Made by a program: the position numbers and the translations under genes. Of a stretch of 64,000 nt of DNA, positions 38,101-51,863 are shown in pieces. Within the stretch, counting starts at the first letter, position 1. Every line of letters starts with the position of its first letter. Under the pieces are notes generated by a model. That model did not search any database, was not told the origin of the DNA, and saw only the letters and a list, made by a program, of their open reading frames with translations. This DNA is from Paraspadella gotoi (taxonomy: Eukaryota; Animalia; Chaetognatha): contig JBJCIZ010000224.1 in assembly GCA_051294375.1 (NCBI GenBank), positions 6,054 through 70,053 of the forward strand, read 5' to 3'.

Positions 38101-41100
38101 CACGAGTCAATGAGATGCGTATTCTTGATTGGTAAGTGAAGGAATTCCTCTGTACAGAACTGATTCCACGCGAACGAGAACGCCACGGTGTTCATATCTC
38201 TGTGTATATTTGTGTTCTTGTTTTTCTTTCAGCTGTTTGTAAGTTCTATTAAACGCTAGTCCCTCTTTTCTCGGCGGTCTGTTTCTCCACAGGAATATTT
38301 CTCTCTCGCCCTTCCTCCCTTTTCCTCTTTTCTCACTTCTTGGTATCCACTATGTTCTCCACTGTTGCGCTTCCTTCTTTCCTTTTACCTTTCTGTTTTT
38401 TAAAGCTGCGATGAACCTTCTCCACCGTTTCTTTCCAGCCGCCTTGACCATGCTCACTTCTTTTCTTTACAAATTTAACCTTTCCTTTTCCTCTGTGCCA
38501 TGTCCTTCGTAATTTAAGTGCCAGAGGAGAAAAGTCTCATTGCTCACACGTTTGCTTCGCGTGATCATTCGCGTTTTCTTTCACTTGAAGTCTTCTCTTT
38601 TGACTATCCCACCTATCGTGAATGGGATTTTGTCAAGGAGTTGCCGTTTGGATGAATTCTTTCCGGCAGTGCACCGCACATCTGCAAGATCTGTCAGAAG
38701 GTCAGTGACCCTTCTTTTTTTTTTTTCTTATATAGCTATTTCCGCTGCGACACAGCCTGCCCCTATTTCCTTTCCTCCAACGTGCTATCGTTTCCTTCTT
38801 TATAGTACGCGACGCAAGACTGCACATATGCGCCTGAGGCAAGGATTTCCTGTCAGGATTTCTGCCCTTTATGTTCCATGGCGAGAAGCATATTGTAAGT
38901 ATATGCATGAGGCGTCTAATATCCTTTTCCTCAACACTTTTTTCCACAACTCAGTCAAGCCGTCTTCTCAACGTGCTAGGTTTTTTTTTCCCTATTTGTC
39001 ACTTCTGTGAACTCCCAACGCCGTACATGTTTATAACTTTCTAATTGTGTTATTTTTCGTTATCATCTTTCTCTGATCCTTTGGGTCTTCACCTGCTTCT
39101 TCGCTTAGGGAGAAGCCTATTATGCTTTGACTCGGCTCGCGCATCGCGTGTCGGTGATATCAGCTTTTTCTTACTTACAGACAGACAGAGCGCACGAGGT
39201 GTTGTTATTCTGCGATATTTTTTTTATGCTTCTCTCCTTGACTCTTTATATTAAGTCTTTGTGATGTGGCCCTTCTATTGTGGCGCTTCGGTCATTCTGA
39301 GGTCTTTCGACGCCTTGATCACAAAATAAACAAGCTATCAAAATCGACTGCGTTTCGGTTGTCAACGTTTGAAGCCCTCCCAATCTCCCTGTGCTCTTTA
39401 TTGGGCGCGTGTGGTCAACGTTCACCATTGGCTGACGCGTTGGTCGTCTGCAACACAATCCATCCTTTATCGATTTTTGAGCTGCACTCTCGGGACTTGT
39501 ATGTTCGATGACATTATGAATGGGCTCCAGCCAATTCCTCGTTGAAGAATGCTTAACAAGAGTTCTAATATTCGAATCGCGAGACAGTGATTTGCCGGCC
39601 TGAGTTATGTTGGCCTTTTCTCAACCGTCACCAAATGGCGAATCGAATGACCCTGAGCATGCTGAAAGTCAGGACCCGACTCATTCGGGATTGTGGCCAT
39701 CAGACCCCTTTGAAAGAGGCTGAAGGATCCTGATGAAGCGCTGATGGGCAGGCCCTTGGCGTAGCTATGCGCCATTCTATAGCGCAACGATGATTTTGGA
39801 ATTTTCCCCTTCTATCAAAGGTGGATTCACGCCATTAAACTTTACACACTTTTTTTCGCATGTGGCGAGAAGATTACTGCGAAGTGGAGAGAGATACTAA
39901 ATAGTAAGAGAATTAAGTCAGTTTTTGAATTTTTGTGTGAAAAACGGCTGGAGATACAGCGAATAAATTCTCTTCTGAGTTATTTGACATCCTCCTATCT
40001 AGGAATCCAGATCTCTCACACATATGTCCATAATTCCATTTTTTGCCTCGATAGTTCAGTAATACATGCGTTGCCAAAAAAGACAAGCTTGTGTGTATAG
40101 ATGGGATGCAATTGGAGGATTATGATCCTATTGCCCAGAGGATAGAGATATTGATTGAGTATCAATTTTTTAAGGATATGAAGCAAAGGTAGATAACGCC
40201 GACATCGATTCTTGGCTCGGTATGGGGATATTTGAGGATTATATTAAGAAAAAATAATTGAAAGCGCGACTCAGAAGATACCGCTATTCTTCCAATCGAG
40301 TTTTGGCTAGATGTTGGCCTTAGAGACAAGAGGATCAGTCTCCAAATCACTGTTTGGTGAATACGCGAAAAAGTCACATGGAAAGAGCATGAATGTTAGC
40401 AGATGACAGGGTTTGCTTATCCTTCGCTTTGTGAAGTGTCACTACTAGAGCATAATGTTCTCCCCACCGCAATATTTGTTTATTTGTGACATATCTTAAT
40501 TAGCACGATCCGAAGAGGTGAGTATGACCACTCCAATCAAAAATCTACATAATAGATAGCACAAGGTCTTGTTCAGGTAAGACTACTCTTCCCTTCTTGT
40601 AGCGTTTCTCTGCGATATTTGTTTGGAACGAACTGCTCAGCGTTGTGTCTGGCCTGGTCGGACCTCTTTTTTCACTAGTTCTGCTAAACATAGAACCTAT
40701 TGAGTATGATCGCAGATCAGTGACCTCTGTCGGTCGATCTTCAATGTGTCCTTTAAAACAGAATTCTGTCAATTACCTAGAGAATCCCCCGTTTTTTTCT
40801 TAAAATTAAAAGGGTCTTTTTGGTTTGCGAATCCTCGCGCGTCCACAACATATGATTCCTGCAAAGGACGACGCCTGAATTAGTGGACACACTTATGTCC
40901 CTACCTGACGTTAATTAATCTCCTGCTGACATGTCGTTTCCAGTGGGCTTGAGGGCCTGTATGAGAAGGAAGAAAGTGGGACCAACCCAGTCAGGTCCCC
41001 AGTTCTTTCTCCGAGAGTTGCCCACTTTGTGCTGCCAGTGGGAGCAGATTGACCGCAGAGCCGACAGAAGTTACTGTCGTGCAGATAGTGAACATCTAAT

Positions 41101-44100
41101 GTTCACCTAAAGTTGCTCGTGAAGGGATTACAACTTTTCGTTTGATCCTTTTGTTTGACCGCTCTCTCTTTGAGAATGTTTTCCAACATGGAAAATGAAG
41201 GCGCGTTTCGACTCCTCATTTTCGATCTTTGCAGCGGTTCTGGACCACCTCTTCAAGGTTCCTGCTCGGCATAATTCCTTGAATCCTCTTGAGCGTGCTG
41301 AGCGTGACCTCTTGGTCCGGTTAATTGCAGCAGCAGTCATTCTTCATGCAGAATTGACTAGCTTTGGCGATTTTCGGAGAGATGTCGACTTGACGAGAGC
41401 TCGAAATCGGTGGAATTCCCCTCTGCTAGTAAATGCCTTGACCCCTTTGTTTGTATGATGCCGCTTATCCTCTTCTTCTTCCTTCGAGTTTCTTAGGCGG
41501 TTCTGGCAGACTTGAAACACCAGGCGGACGAGGACGTAATCAGACTCACGAGGTTGCCACGAGACCATTCGGTGGTATACTTTGCTTCCCATCTCTTGAC
41601 TCAAGGTCTAGGCCATCTTGTCAAGGACCTGATTCCAGCTATAGGTACTGTTCGCTGTCCATGAAGACACGAGTTTGGCGATGGTGGGGTTCTCGATTCT
41701 CGGCCCTCTCTCTCTCACGTTGGCTATCAACCTTTTCTCTCCGGTCTAAAGTTCTGGATCATTAGGAGGTCTCTCCAGGGGCGCGCTCTCTGTCCCTACC
41801 CTCAGCATCAATGAGAATGTGCCATTTCTCTCTCTCGTTTTCATTGCCTCCTCCTAATCTCGAAGATTGTCTCCGAGCCTCCTCGCAATCTAAACTGTAC
41901 CAGAAAAATGGCAACCGCTTTCTCTGCACCGATCGTTCTCTCGTACACGTCAGGTCTCTCATCCATTCTTCCCTTCCTCTATCCCATTTCCTCCCTTTCT
42001 TTTTCCCGCTGCTCGAGCTTTCGCTGGTGTAGACCTACGTTCGAGCCAGTTTACTGTTTCTCCGACTATTGGGCGTGCGTCGGTTCGTCTCGTGCGAGTC
42101 GTCGGTCGCAGCTGTCCGGATATAAGAAAAATGGGTTGGGTGTGGTCTGTGCTCTTTCGAAAAATGTCGCGTCTCACGGACTCCACGTCCGAAGGCGCCT
42201 AACACGAATTTTTTTCTTTGGAGGTCGTCGATGTACTTTTTAGTAGTCGACGTCGGACGTCGATCAGATTTATACATTACTTGCTCAGATCTTTGCTATC
42301 CTGTAATAATTAGAGGCCGGAATCTTACACCTAGCGATTTGTCAAGCCCTAAAATATATCAACTCAGGAGAGAATCCGTCGAGCAATGTTTGCTCAATGA
42401 TGTAGCGTTCCAACCATAAACTACAAGGGGATGCCGTCTATAATTCGTTGAGTAGAGATTATAAATGGAGGAGTTTGATGAAAGCGATACACAGGAACAG
42501 CAAACTTATGTATTATACGGGGGCACGAAAAAGGCGAAAAATACAAACACATTGTGGGCTCAGTCAGGTTCTTTTTGTGAGACTGCTTTTAATATTGGCA
42601 ACCTCAGGCAAACTAACCGCACCAGGGGTGGAGTGTGGGAGAGGTTGGTGAGGTCAATGTAAGGTGCACGGGCCCAAATGTGGGTTTTTGCTCTTGAATC
42701 GTAGAGGTTTCCCATGATCTCTGCCGGCCTGAGGTGTTCCCAATAAAACCCCTTGTGGCCTGTGGTCCGCTGGCGCATCCTCAAAACACCGGCGTCCTAT
42801 CACTAGGGTGTCGAGATCCTAGCGAACGTACCAAAATCTTGGGCTCTTAACAACACCTAATGACTTTCTCCTCACTATGGACTGACAAGAACCTTAACAG
42901 AGGCGATGCTCGTACTCATCTCGGAAAGATGCCATATCACACACAGCAGGCACTTGATAGTGGGTTGTGATCCACATGTCGGGCGAGGAAGGAGGATTAT
43001 TGGAATGCAGATTTCGCAGAGCCTTGGTCTGAATATCTATCCTGGCAAGAGACTAGGCCAGAGGTATTCGAAGTAAGTATTTTGGTAACTTCCAGAGAAT
43101 TTGCAGAATACGCCAGAAATGAATGGCTGACGACGTAGCACATATATTCTTCTCGTATCTTAACATGGACGATGTATTGTAAACTCCGTTGGGAAACCCC
43201 TCGAGCCTTGTGCACGAGAGACGCTGGAATAATGGCGATAGTTAGAAAAAGAGACGAATGCCTGTTGCTACAAATATAATTAATACAACCTTAAAGTGGA
43301 AAATATTATTGGATACCTCGGAGAGTTGAATTTGTTCGTAAAAGTAAAACCATAAATTGAGGGCCAAGAAACACGCGAGTCTTTGATGGAAAACCAAAAG
43401 GCAGGCATCCATTACAAACAGGCTACACGCGTCCTATATCACAGGTGTAAGCTATGGCGTCAAAAGAGGGTAGTTTGGAGGGGTAAGGTAAAGTAATAAA
43501 GGTACATTAGACACCTGATGGTGATGCGCGACGCATAGTGGCGAAGCACATAACACAATTGGGAGCCTTAAAGCCACACACTATCATAAGTAGCATCTGC
43601 GTGTAGTAATGAGGTAGCTATGACTCATATGGAACCAGCCATATATTTAGTGATTGCAAATTCCATCCAGATGGATACATTAAAAAGAAAGAGCTACGCG
43701 CTCATCTAAGGAGCGTAGCACAAGACCAGTATTGGAAAGGGGGAAGCCTCCCATCCACAAACGGGCAGTTAAGGCTGTGCCTCTCGCTCACAGCAAAATT
43801 CAAATCAAAATACAGTATCATAAACAACTAAATCCAAAAACACCATATTGCCGTCTGAGCCCAACTCACACGAATCGACACGAACTAGGAGAGACAGTCA
43901 CAAAACTGTTTCCTTATCCCCGCCTATACTTTCCCCCTTTGGCAAGAATTCCGTGACTTCTGCCTTGATGTTCCAGACTCTGACGGAATCACCGCTCACA
44001 CGGCACGACCTTTATCGGAGTTGTCGTACGCTCGGTTAAGAGGCTTAGAGACATAGATTCTCGTATGCCTCAATAGATAGCTATTGCTTTTGGGGCATTG

Positions 44101-45957
44101 CTTACGCAAATAGTTGCTTCACTACAGCAATTTAAATAATCTTTTGGAGAGTGATTAATCTTCAAAAGCGTCATTTTTCGGCTGCTTTTTGACAACTGCC
44201 TTGGATATTTGATTTTATTTAATTTGAATTTAGATCGGTATTTTAGGACTGGCCAATAATGATTTCAATTATACCATATAACTTCGGATCATTTTGAATG
44301 GATTTGTAGTTATAGAGCATATATACATCTGATGCAGAAGACATTTTCCCTTTCTCGTTCAGACTATCTGCAATTAATTTTATTTAATCACTAAATATCT
44401 TGGAATTGTAAGGTATTCTGATTTCTTGGGCGTAGCAATTGGATGCGTGGTCGTCCGGGATCTTTCTATATGAGAGCGACTCTAAAGTATATGTGTAGAC
44501 GAGGGAGGGAACCTTGTCGTTGAGTGGGTTCTGTGATGGAGGGGGAATTCGTTCCCCTTCCCACTTTATTTATCTTCTTTAACTCTGTTAAAGAGCCGTT
44601 TACACCTAGAGGATATGCACATCCTGAAGATTTGTGATTGAATACAAATTACAATATCAATGAAAATATAATAAGTCTCACTTTGATATTCCTCGGAATG
44701 ATCGTATTACTCATCATCACCCACTGTTATCCAGTATTGCTTTTTAAAAGTGGATTCAAGAATGGCAACAAGTAAGGAATCGACCTCTCGGGTCTCAGAG
44801 AGAAGACGCGTGTATAAGGACATATTTGATTGAGTTAGGGGTCTTAGCACGTTCCTATGTCTACAACAGGTATATCAGAAGAGTTGTAGGAAACGCAGTC
44901 CACCGGTGGAGACTATCCCCACATCCCTGCGCGGAGCTGTCTGCCCAGACAGCAAGGAGCAACCCGTGCGCGATTTAGACGATGGCCTGAGTGCCGTGTG
45001 ATATAGGGGGTTCTTCTTAGTATACTGTGTTATGGAGTGAATCATCACCACAACTAGCGGAATGCTTTTAATTTTTACTTGAATTAATAGACACGCGAAA
45101 CCAGTTAATTTTATTATTAAATTAATTAACTTTGGCATTCCCATGTATGTTAGTTGTTCACATAAATAACGTTGATCCCCTTATACGCCGTCTCTAGAGT
45201 TGTGATCCGGATCTCTTCGAGCGTAACTTGAGCGCGTTCTGAGGACATGCCTTTGCTTGTGCGCTTTCACTCCAGGAGTGTCCATGTGCCGGCCGCCTTC
45301 GTATTACTAGAAATGTGTGGTCATGTTTGCGCGGCTCGAAGCTATCGTAGCGTACCATGCATATTCGAGCTTCACATCATGTATGCGAGTCCGAGAAGAC
45401 TGGAAGAGTTGTACAAGAGAATTCTACTTTTTTTTTTACAGCGGTTTCCCGACCGCCATTGTCAAGCGGCCATGTTTTTTCAAATTTTTAACGTCACACT
45501 CAATCCTGTCCCTACTTTTCCAAATAATATACAAATATTATTTTATGTCTCTATCTGAAGACAGAATACACGCGTTGGTAAATTCTCTGATGCTATGACA
45601 TATATGTAACTGCATGTAGCTTTATGTCTAATTCTTGATCCTTATGTAGTAATATAGAAAATAACTTAAAAAACTTAACAGGTTCATCGGCCATATTAAC
45701 TTAAATATTTTTTTTTTACCACGAGACTTTATCAACAAGACACCCCAGGAGCACGTTATCTAAAGAGCGTTGTAATTGAGTTAAACGTTGTGCAGCAAAA
45801 GCGCAACTCTAGGCCGATGTATGACAGTGATTTTAATATTGTAACATTGGTAAACTTGCCGATCTAATTCTTATAACATATAGCCAAACCACAAAGTATT
45901 TTTTTTTTTATTTCTATTCTTTTAATCATTTCTCTGTATTACTTTAAAATTATAAAA
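29200..45957. other. Raw insertion-rich long-read pass: B fwd (29.2-32.2 kb), unalignable noise (32.3-34.7 kb), C rc (34.7-36.4 kb), A rc (36.4-42.25 kb), D rc (42.25-45.96 kb)
   Basis: Anchors: 30590-30780 ~ 52712-52895; 31445-31490 ~ 53210-53255; 34691-34775 ~ 54301-54385; 35760-35925 ~ 54921-55040; 36850-36875 ~ 55577-55600; 37321-37345 ~ 55843-55868; 45060-45180 = rc of 46615-46730. Length is inflated ~1.5-2x by insertions. Confidence 0.85.
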
Positions 45958-46011
45958 ATTCTCCTGTCTATTATTACACATCAACAACGTTGAAGACAGA
46001 AAGAGAGAGAT
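45958..46011 (+). other. Degraded PacBio SMRTbell adapter at a fold-back axis
   Basis: ...ttctcctgtc...catcaacaacgttgaagacagaaagagagagat resembles ATCTCTCTCAACAACAACAACGGAGGAGGAGGAAAAGAGAGAGAT and lies where the inverted arms converge (45.06 kb/46.73 kb, 45.50/46.39, 45.74/46.22). Confidence 0.65.
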
Positions 46012-47959
46012 ATATTTCTTAAGTTATATGTATATGTACACGAAATGCAAAGATGATATATATTGATATTTTATGTGCAATTGATCGTTGGTTTTGTGCG
46101 TTTTGTGCACTGTTATTTCAGTCGCCCTTTGCTATCACTATTTTCATATATAGTGACTTTTTTATTTGTACATCGACATACTTCTTTTTTTAAACCTTGC
46201 CACGCGGTTGTTTTGTCTTGTTCTTTGTAAAAGAAAAAAACTATTATAAAATGAACTTAAGTTTAATATTCCAATATGGATAGATAAGCAATGCAGTTTA
46301 CATTTCCAAAGATAAAATTTTGTAATGTATGATAATAATAAATAATGAGATTTATGTATTTTTTATTTTTTGGAAAAGAGGGACAGGATGGAGTTTTTTT
46401 AGCTTTTTCTGACATGTTTAAAATTTTTGAAAAAAAAATGCTTGAATTTGGCCGTTGTAAGCCAGAATCTGCAAATGATTATGAACTTGCAAAACTTCAG
46501 CTCCCTAGTGAGAGACTGAACCACATCTTTTAATACAGGGCGGCATGGACCTCCTGGTGACCAAAGGTCAAAAGTCAAAGTTACGAGTAAAAGGTCACAT
46601 TTAGACGATTTGAATCAACGTTATTTTTATGTGACACTACATACATGGGATGGCAAAGTTAATTAATTTAATTAATAAAATTAACTGGTTAGTGTCTATT
46701 AATTCAACAGTAAAAAATTAAAGCATTCCTATTTGTGATGATTCATCATATTAGAGACTCTATCAACCGATAGGATTTAAATCGGTGATCACTGCAGCAG
46801 ACGGCAGGACTGAGTTCGTCAAACTATTGTTTTATCTTAGCACAAACGGTAAACAAGTTTAATTCAATATTGTCATAATTAAATTATCAATTACTTTTTC
46901 TTATTAAAACTTTAATTGATAAGTATATTCGATCATTCAAATATCACTAACTTATTATATTTATTTGATTTGTAATTTGATCATCAAATCTCAATCAATT
47001 TATTTCTTAAGGTTTAGGATAAGTCGGCGAACGACAACAAGATGATCTGATGTCCTAATTTTAGGTGTTCTCTGGCCAGCCCATGTCGAGGACCCATAAG
47101 TTTGTGTAATTGCAAGATTTGAATAAAGAAATGTTTTTGATCGATTTTTTTTAACATCAATATGAGTTTGGATAATGTAGCAGCAAAAGTTTTGAAATTA
47201 AATTCAAGTTATAAATTGCTGTTGAATTGAGTCAAAACATATTCAGAATCAGTCTCTAGCTAGAACAATGGCGTTTACGTAATGTCCGTCAAGAGTTAGG
47301 ACGAAGTTGCCAAGGAAATATGTAAAACAGTTTTATTTTTAGTTTCACATTTGGTTTGCCGAAATATTGGTTTTGATTGATTGTTTATTGATACTGTATT
47401 TTGATTTGAATTTCTGACTGAACTGTTTTTCATTTTATGACGCGTCCTTTTTTAGTATCTATACTATTTAGAGCATTTATCCGATTTGTTTTAATACCAA
47501 GTATCTTAAGGCGCGTTTAACCTTTACTTTTACTCCTAACTATTTTGCGGCATAGCTTTACACCATGTATGACGGTGTAACCTTTTTGCTATTGTTTTAG
47601 CATTTGTTTCTTGCCCTCAATTTTTGTTTTACTTTTGATAATTAATAAATCATTTAATTGATTAAATATATTTAGGAGGGCGGTGTCAGAATATTAAAGT
47701 ATTATTAGCAAAAATCTCGGTCTTGTAGTTTACAAATAAACCTTCGCCGAAAAATTGTAAACAAATGCTTTTTGGTTTTCGATTGCTTGTAATTCTTCAG
47801 TCGTGATTTTTGGCCGAGTAACAATTTGTATTTCTCTCCCGTTTTTATTCTTTTGTTTTACCCTTATTTAATATAACTATAGTGAATACTCAATCCTCTA
47901 TTAATATATTGGCTAAATAGATTCGTTAATTTTACAGGAGTTAGTAAATAAAGACGACA

Positions 47960-48177
47960 GACGTCTAAAAAAAGAAGAAAAAAAAAATTTCGTTGGCTTC
48001 GACTGTATGAGACGCTGACGACAACCAACAACTACAACGAAGACGGACGACGACGACGAGACGACGAACCTGGAACGTCCCGACGAAAGTCGAAAGCTCG
48101 GAGAGGCGGGAAAAAAGAAAAAAAGGGAGGAAATGAGAGAGAGAGAGGGAAGAGAGAGAGAGAGAGAATAGAGAGAG

Positions 48178-48241
<64 letters not shown>

Positions 48242-49901
48242 AGCCAGACAGCCGAACTTGTAAGACAGAACGAGTCTCAATCGGGGGCGAAAACTCGAAG
48301 AAGAAGAAGAAGAAGAAGAAAAGAAGAAAAGAAGAAAAAGAAAAAGAAGAAAAGAAAAGAAAAAGAAAAAGAAAAGAAAAAGAAAAAAAAAGAAGAAGAA
48401 GAAGAATTATTGTTAGTATTATTGATAATAATTAAATTAATATCTAGAAATTAGTGTATTTAATCCTTTCTTTTTCGTTGTATTGAATTTATTACAGAAT
48501 GGCAATTTTTTTTTTCATCCAAAGCAGAATCATGTCCGTTTCTATGTTAAATTAAAATTTAATTTTCCGAAAATCTCAAAATCATCAAATTTTTTTGCCA
48601 GTTTAAACGAAATGATTATTAATATTTATTGATGAATAAATAAAATTTTTTGGTTGGGTTATTTAAAATTAATTCTGAAATTTCGAGAATTGAAGGAAAA
48701 AAAAGTGAGTTTAATTCGAAGTGAGGAAAATTAAGGTAAGGAGGTAAGGTCGGGTATTTAATGGGAGGGAAATATGCATCGTCGTTGAGGGGAGGGAGGG
48801 GGGAGAGGAGAAGAGAGGGGGAGAGAGACGCATGAGGGGATGGGTGACAAAGGTTTTTTTTTGGAGAAGGATGAAGCAAAAAAGAAGGAAAGAGAGAGAT
48901 GGGAGATAAAAAAAATATCGATAACAATGGTTCTCTTGAAATGAAGGAGAAACGAGGAAGCGGAGGAAGAGCGTGAAAGGATCGAGGGAAAGACATAAAG
49001 AATGAAACAAAGAAGAAGACGCGGAGGCAGAGAAAAGGAAAAAAAAGGAACGGCGCGGGAAAAAAGTGGAGGAAAAGGAATGAGATGAAAAATTCGGAAA
49101 AGAAAAGGAGGAAATCTTGGAGGAGAATCGTCGGCGGGTTTTAAAGAAGGAAAATAAGTGGAGGAAAGAAAGGAGGGGGGAAAGGAAAGGTTTAAAAGGA
49201 AAAGAAAGAAGTGGCGGGAAAGAAAGGAGAGGGAAAAAAGAAAGGTTGAAAGAAAAAGAAAAGAAGTGGAGGAAAGGAAAGGAAGAGAGGAAAAGGAAAG
49301 GTTAATTGAAAAGAAAAAGAGTGGCGGGAAAGAAAAGGAGAGGGTAAAAAGAAAGGTTAAAAGGAAAAGAAAAGAAGTGGAGAAAAGGAAAGAAGAAAAA
49401 GAGGAAAGGAGGAAGGGCGAGAGAGAAATATTCCTTGGAGAAGACCGGAGATGGACTAGCGTTTAAAAATTAAACAGCAGGAAGAAAACAAAGAAGAAAA
49501 ACACGAAGTTCTCTCGCGTAGGTTTAAAGGAATTCCTTCATAAATCAGGAGATGATCGTGAGGAAAGAGATAGAGAGAGAGAGGGCGGTGTGAGGGAGAG
49601 AGAGAGAGGGAGGGAGGTATAGGCAGGGAGAGAGGGAGAAATGAAAAAGAGAGGACACGACTCAGAACAAGGAGAGAGAAAAAAAAAACAGATTAAAAAG
49701 AAACTTGAGAAATGCTAAACGCCAAGAGAATCAAGAAGACACACAGAGAGAAATACAGACAGACAGGCAGACAGTAGACCTACAGATAAGAAAGACAGTC
49801 AAACCTTCCGAAATTAGCAGTGCGAGAACGGAGGAGAGGACCCGACATAAAGACAGCCGAACCAGCGGTCTAAAGAAGTGAGAGTCGGAAGTGAGAGAGA
49901 G

Positions 49902-49964
<63 letters not shown>

Positions 49965-51720
49965 CAAGAGAAGAGAGAGCGCAGAAGGCAGTTGGAGCGA
50001 AGCGGCGGCGTCCAGCGATTCCCTCTAAGGCCTTGGGAGGGCAGGATTTACTGCCTCCGCGGTCACTGCCCTCGGCGATGGCGTCTTAGCGAAGGAAATA
50101 AAGGATTGGGAGACGAGAGGGAGAGAGAGAGAGGGAAGAGGGAGGAAGGATGGGAGGAGGGATGGAGAGTTGGGGAGGAAGGGAGAAGAGGGAAAGAGGG
50201 AAGGGGAGGAGGAAGGAAAAGCGATTAAAGGGTTGGGAAGAGGAAAGGAAGGAAAAGAAAGGAAGAGGGGGAGGGGAGGAGAGGAAGAGAAGAAAAGAAG
50301 AGAAGGAAAAAAGAAGAAGAAAGAAGAAAGGAAAGGGAACAAAGTTTGGGGGGAAAACCGAGAACCGAATTTTAGTAGGAAAATAGAAGAGAAGGAGAGA
50401 AATTCAAATGATGAAGAAAAAGAAATAAAAATGAGAGGATTAAAGGAAGAAAGAAAAAGAAAATGAGAACGACTACATGACTACAATAACTTTTTTAGCC
50501 CGTGTATTTATGACCTTCACTGCATCAAATCCGTCTTACATTCTATTTTAGGTTTAGGATTTCCTGTAGCGGCGCTTGCAGTCACTTGAATTGAGGTTTT
50601 TCTCTGTCTTAACAAAATAGCAACCAATTATTGGGAAATTAATATGCATTTTTAACGTAAGTGGGACAGACCGACGGACGACAATACAGACTGACCGACC
50701 GACCGACCGACTAAAAAGAAAATGAGAATGGAAAAGGCGTCTAAAGGAAGGAAGTTGAATGCGATGANNNNNNNNNNNNNNNNNNNNNNNNNTAAAGGAA
50801 GGAAGTGAATGCGATGATGAGACTAAAGAAAAAGGACGGGAATCACAAAAGGGAAAAAGGAGAGCGTCGAAATTACTCTGATGTTTTCAAATCTAGTTAG
50901 CGACACAGAAATGCGTGCATTTTTAAATGGCACAAGTCGAAAAAATACATCGATACCTCAATAATAAGTTAACTTACGGTATTTTACTTAAATATTAATT
51001 TGTTATCAATAATCTAAATTTGTAAACTCTAACTCTCTGAAATATATTGCTCGATGACATTTTTTGTGTCTTTCAGTACAGGGTTCTTTTTTTTTTAAAT
51101 ATTCTGATCTTGAGACGAAATCCCTTGTATCGAATTTTGCGAAGTCAGCGCCGCCTGTCACCGGATCTCTCTCGTTGTCGTTGTCTTCGTCTTTGTCGTC
51201 CCCCGTTGCCGCCCACATCCTTCTTTGTCTTTGACGTCATGATCATCTTTCCGCCGATTTTAAAAAAAATGACGAAAACGACAATGACGTCCGAAGGATT
51301 CGTCGTCATCGTCGCTACATTTTCGTCATCGTCATCTAAGGATTTAAATTAAGAAAAAAACAAAGGAACAAGAACGGATATTGAGATTCGCGTTGCGCCG
51401 CAGTGACAGTAGTATTTTCGTGTATCTTCGACACGCGCTGCATTAGAATCTAGTCTTTTATTCTTTATAGTTTTCTTTAAAAACAGATTAGATTAGATTT
51501 TGGGTTCTATTTCCGTCTTTACAAATGAGCATCCAACTCACGTAATTGGGACAGATTAACGGACAGACATACGGACCGACCGACCGAAAAGTGACTTATG
51601 GAGTTGCTCCGCGAGTACTCGCGTTTCGACTAAAACGAACCATTTTTTTTTTCTTTTTTCGTTATTCTTCTTGTTTGTTTGTTTTGATTCTTTGTTAACA
51701 TTCTTTGTTTTTCTTTGCTA
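47960..51720 (+). repeat. Left arm (A + C) of a ~3.7-kb inverted repeat
   Basis: Reverse complement of ~54295-57997 at high identity with small indels (e.g. 51000-51350 vs 54650-55000). Confidence 0.95.
51367..51635 (-). mobile_element. HINE member 3, apparently full length (~270 bp); inverted copy at ~54370-54630
   Basis: In minus orientation: TTTT start, perfect palindrome CGCGAGTACTCGCG (51610-51623), ataagtcacttt core, (GGTC)n/(CTGT) microsatellite, subterminal GCGGCGCAAC (51392-51401), weak stem-loop, end TTCTTGTT. This is the DINE-1/HINE layout; no TSD and no ORF. Confidence 0.7.
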
Positions 51721-51831
51721 GTCGTCCTCCCTCCATTTTTTTTATTTTTCGGATCTTCGTCTTTTTTTTTCTTCTTTTTTTCCCTCTCGCTCTCGATTTG
51801 TTCGCTGCCTTTCGGTGTCCTCGACTTCTCT

Positions 51832-51863
<32 letters not shown>

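Noticed and set aside
36400-45950. Ancient diverged paralogue or pseudogene cluster
   Set aside because: Divergence is insertion-dominated and collinear with the clean copies, which is the CLR error profile rather than evolutionary decay.
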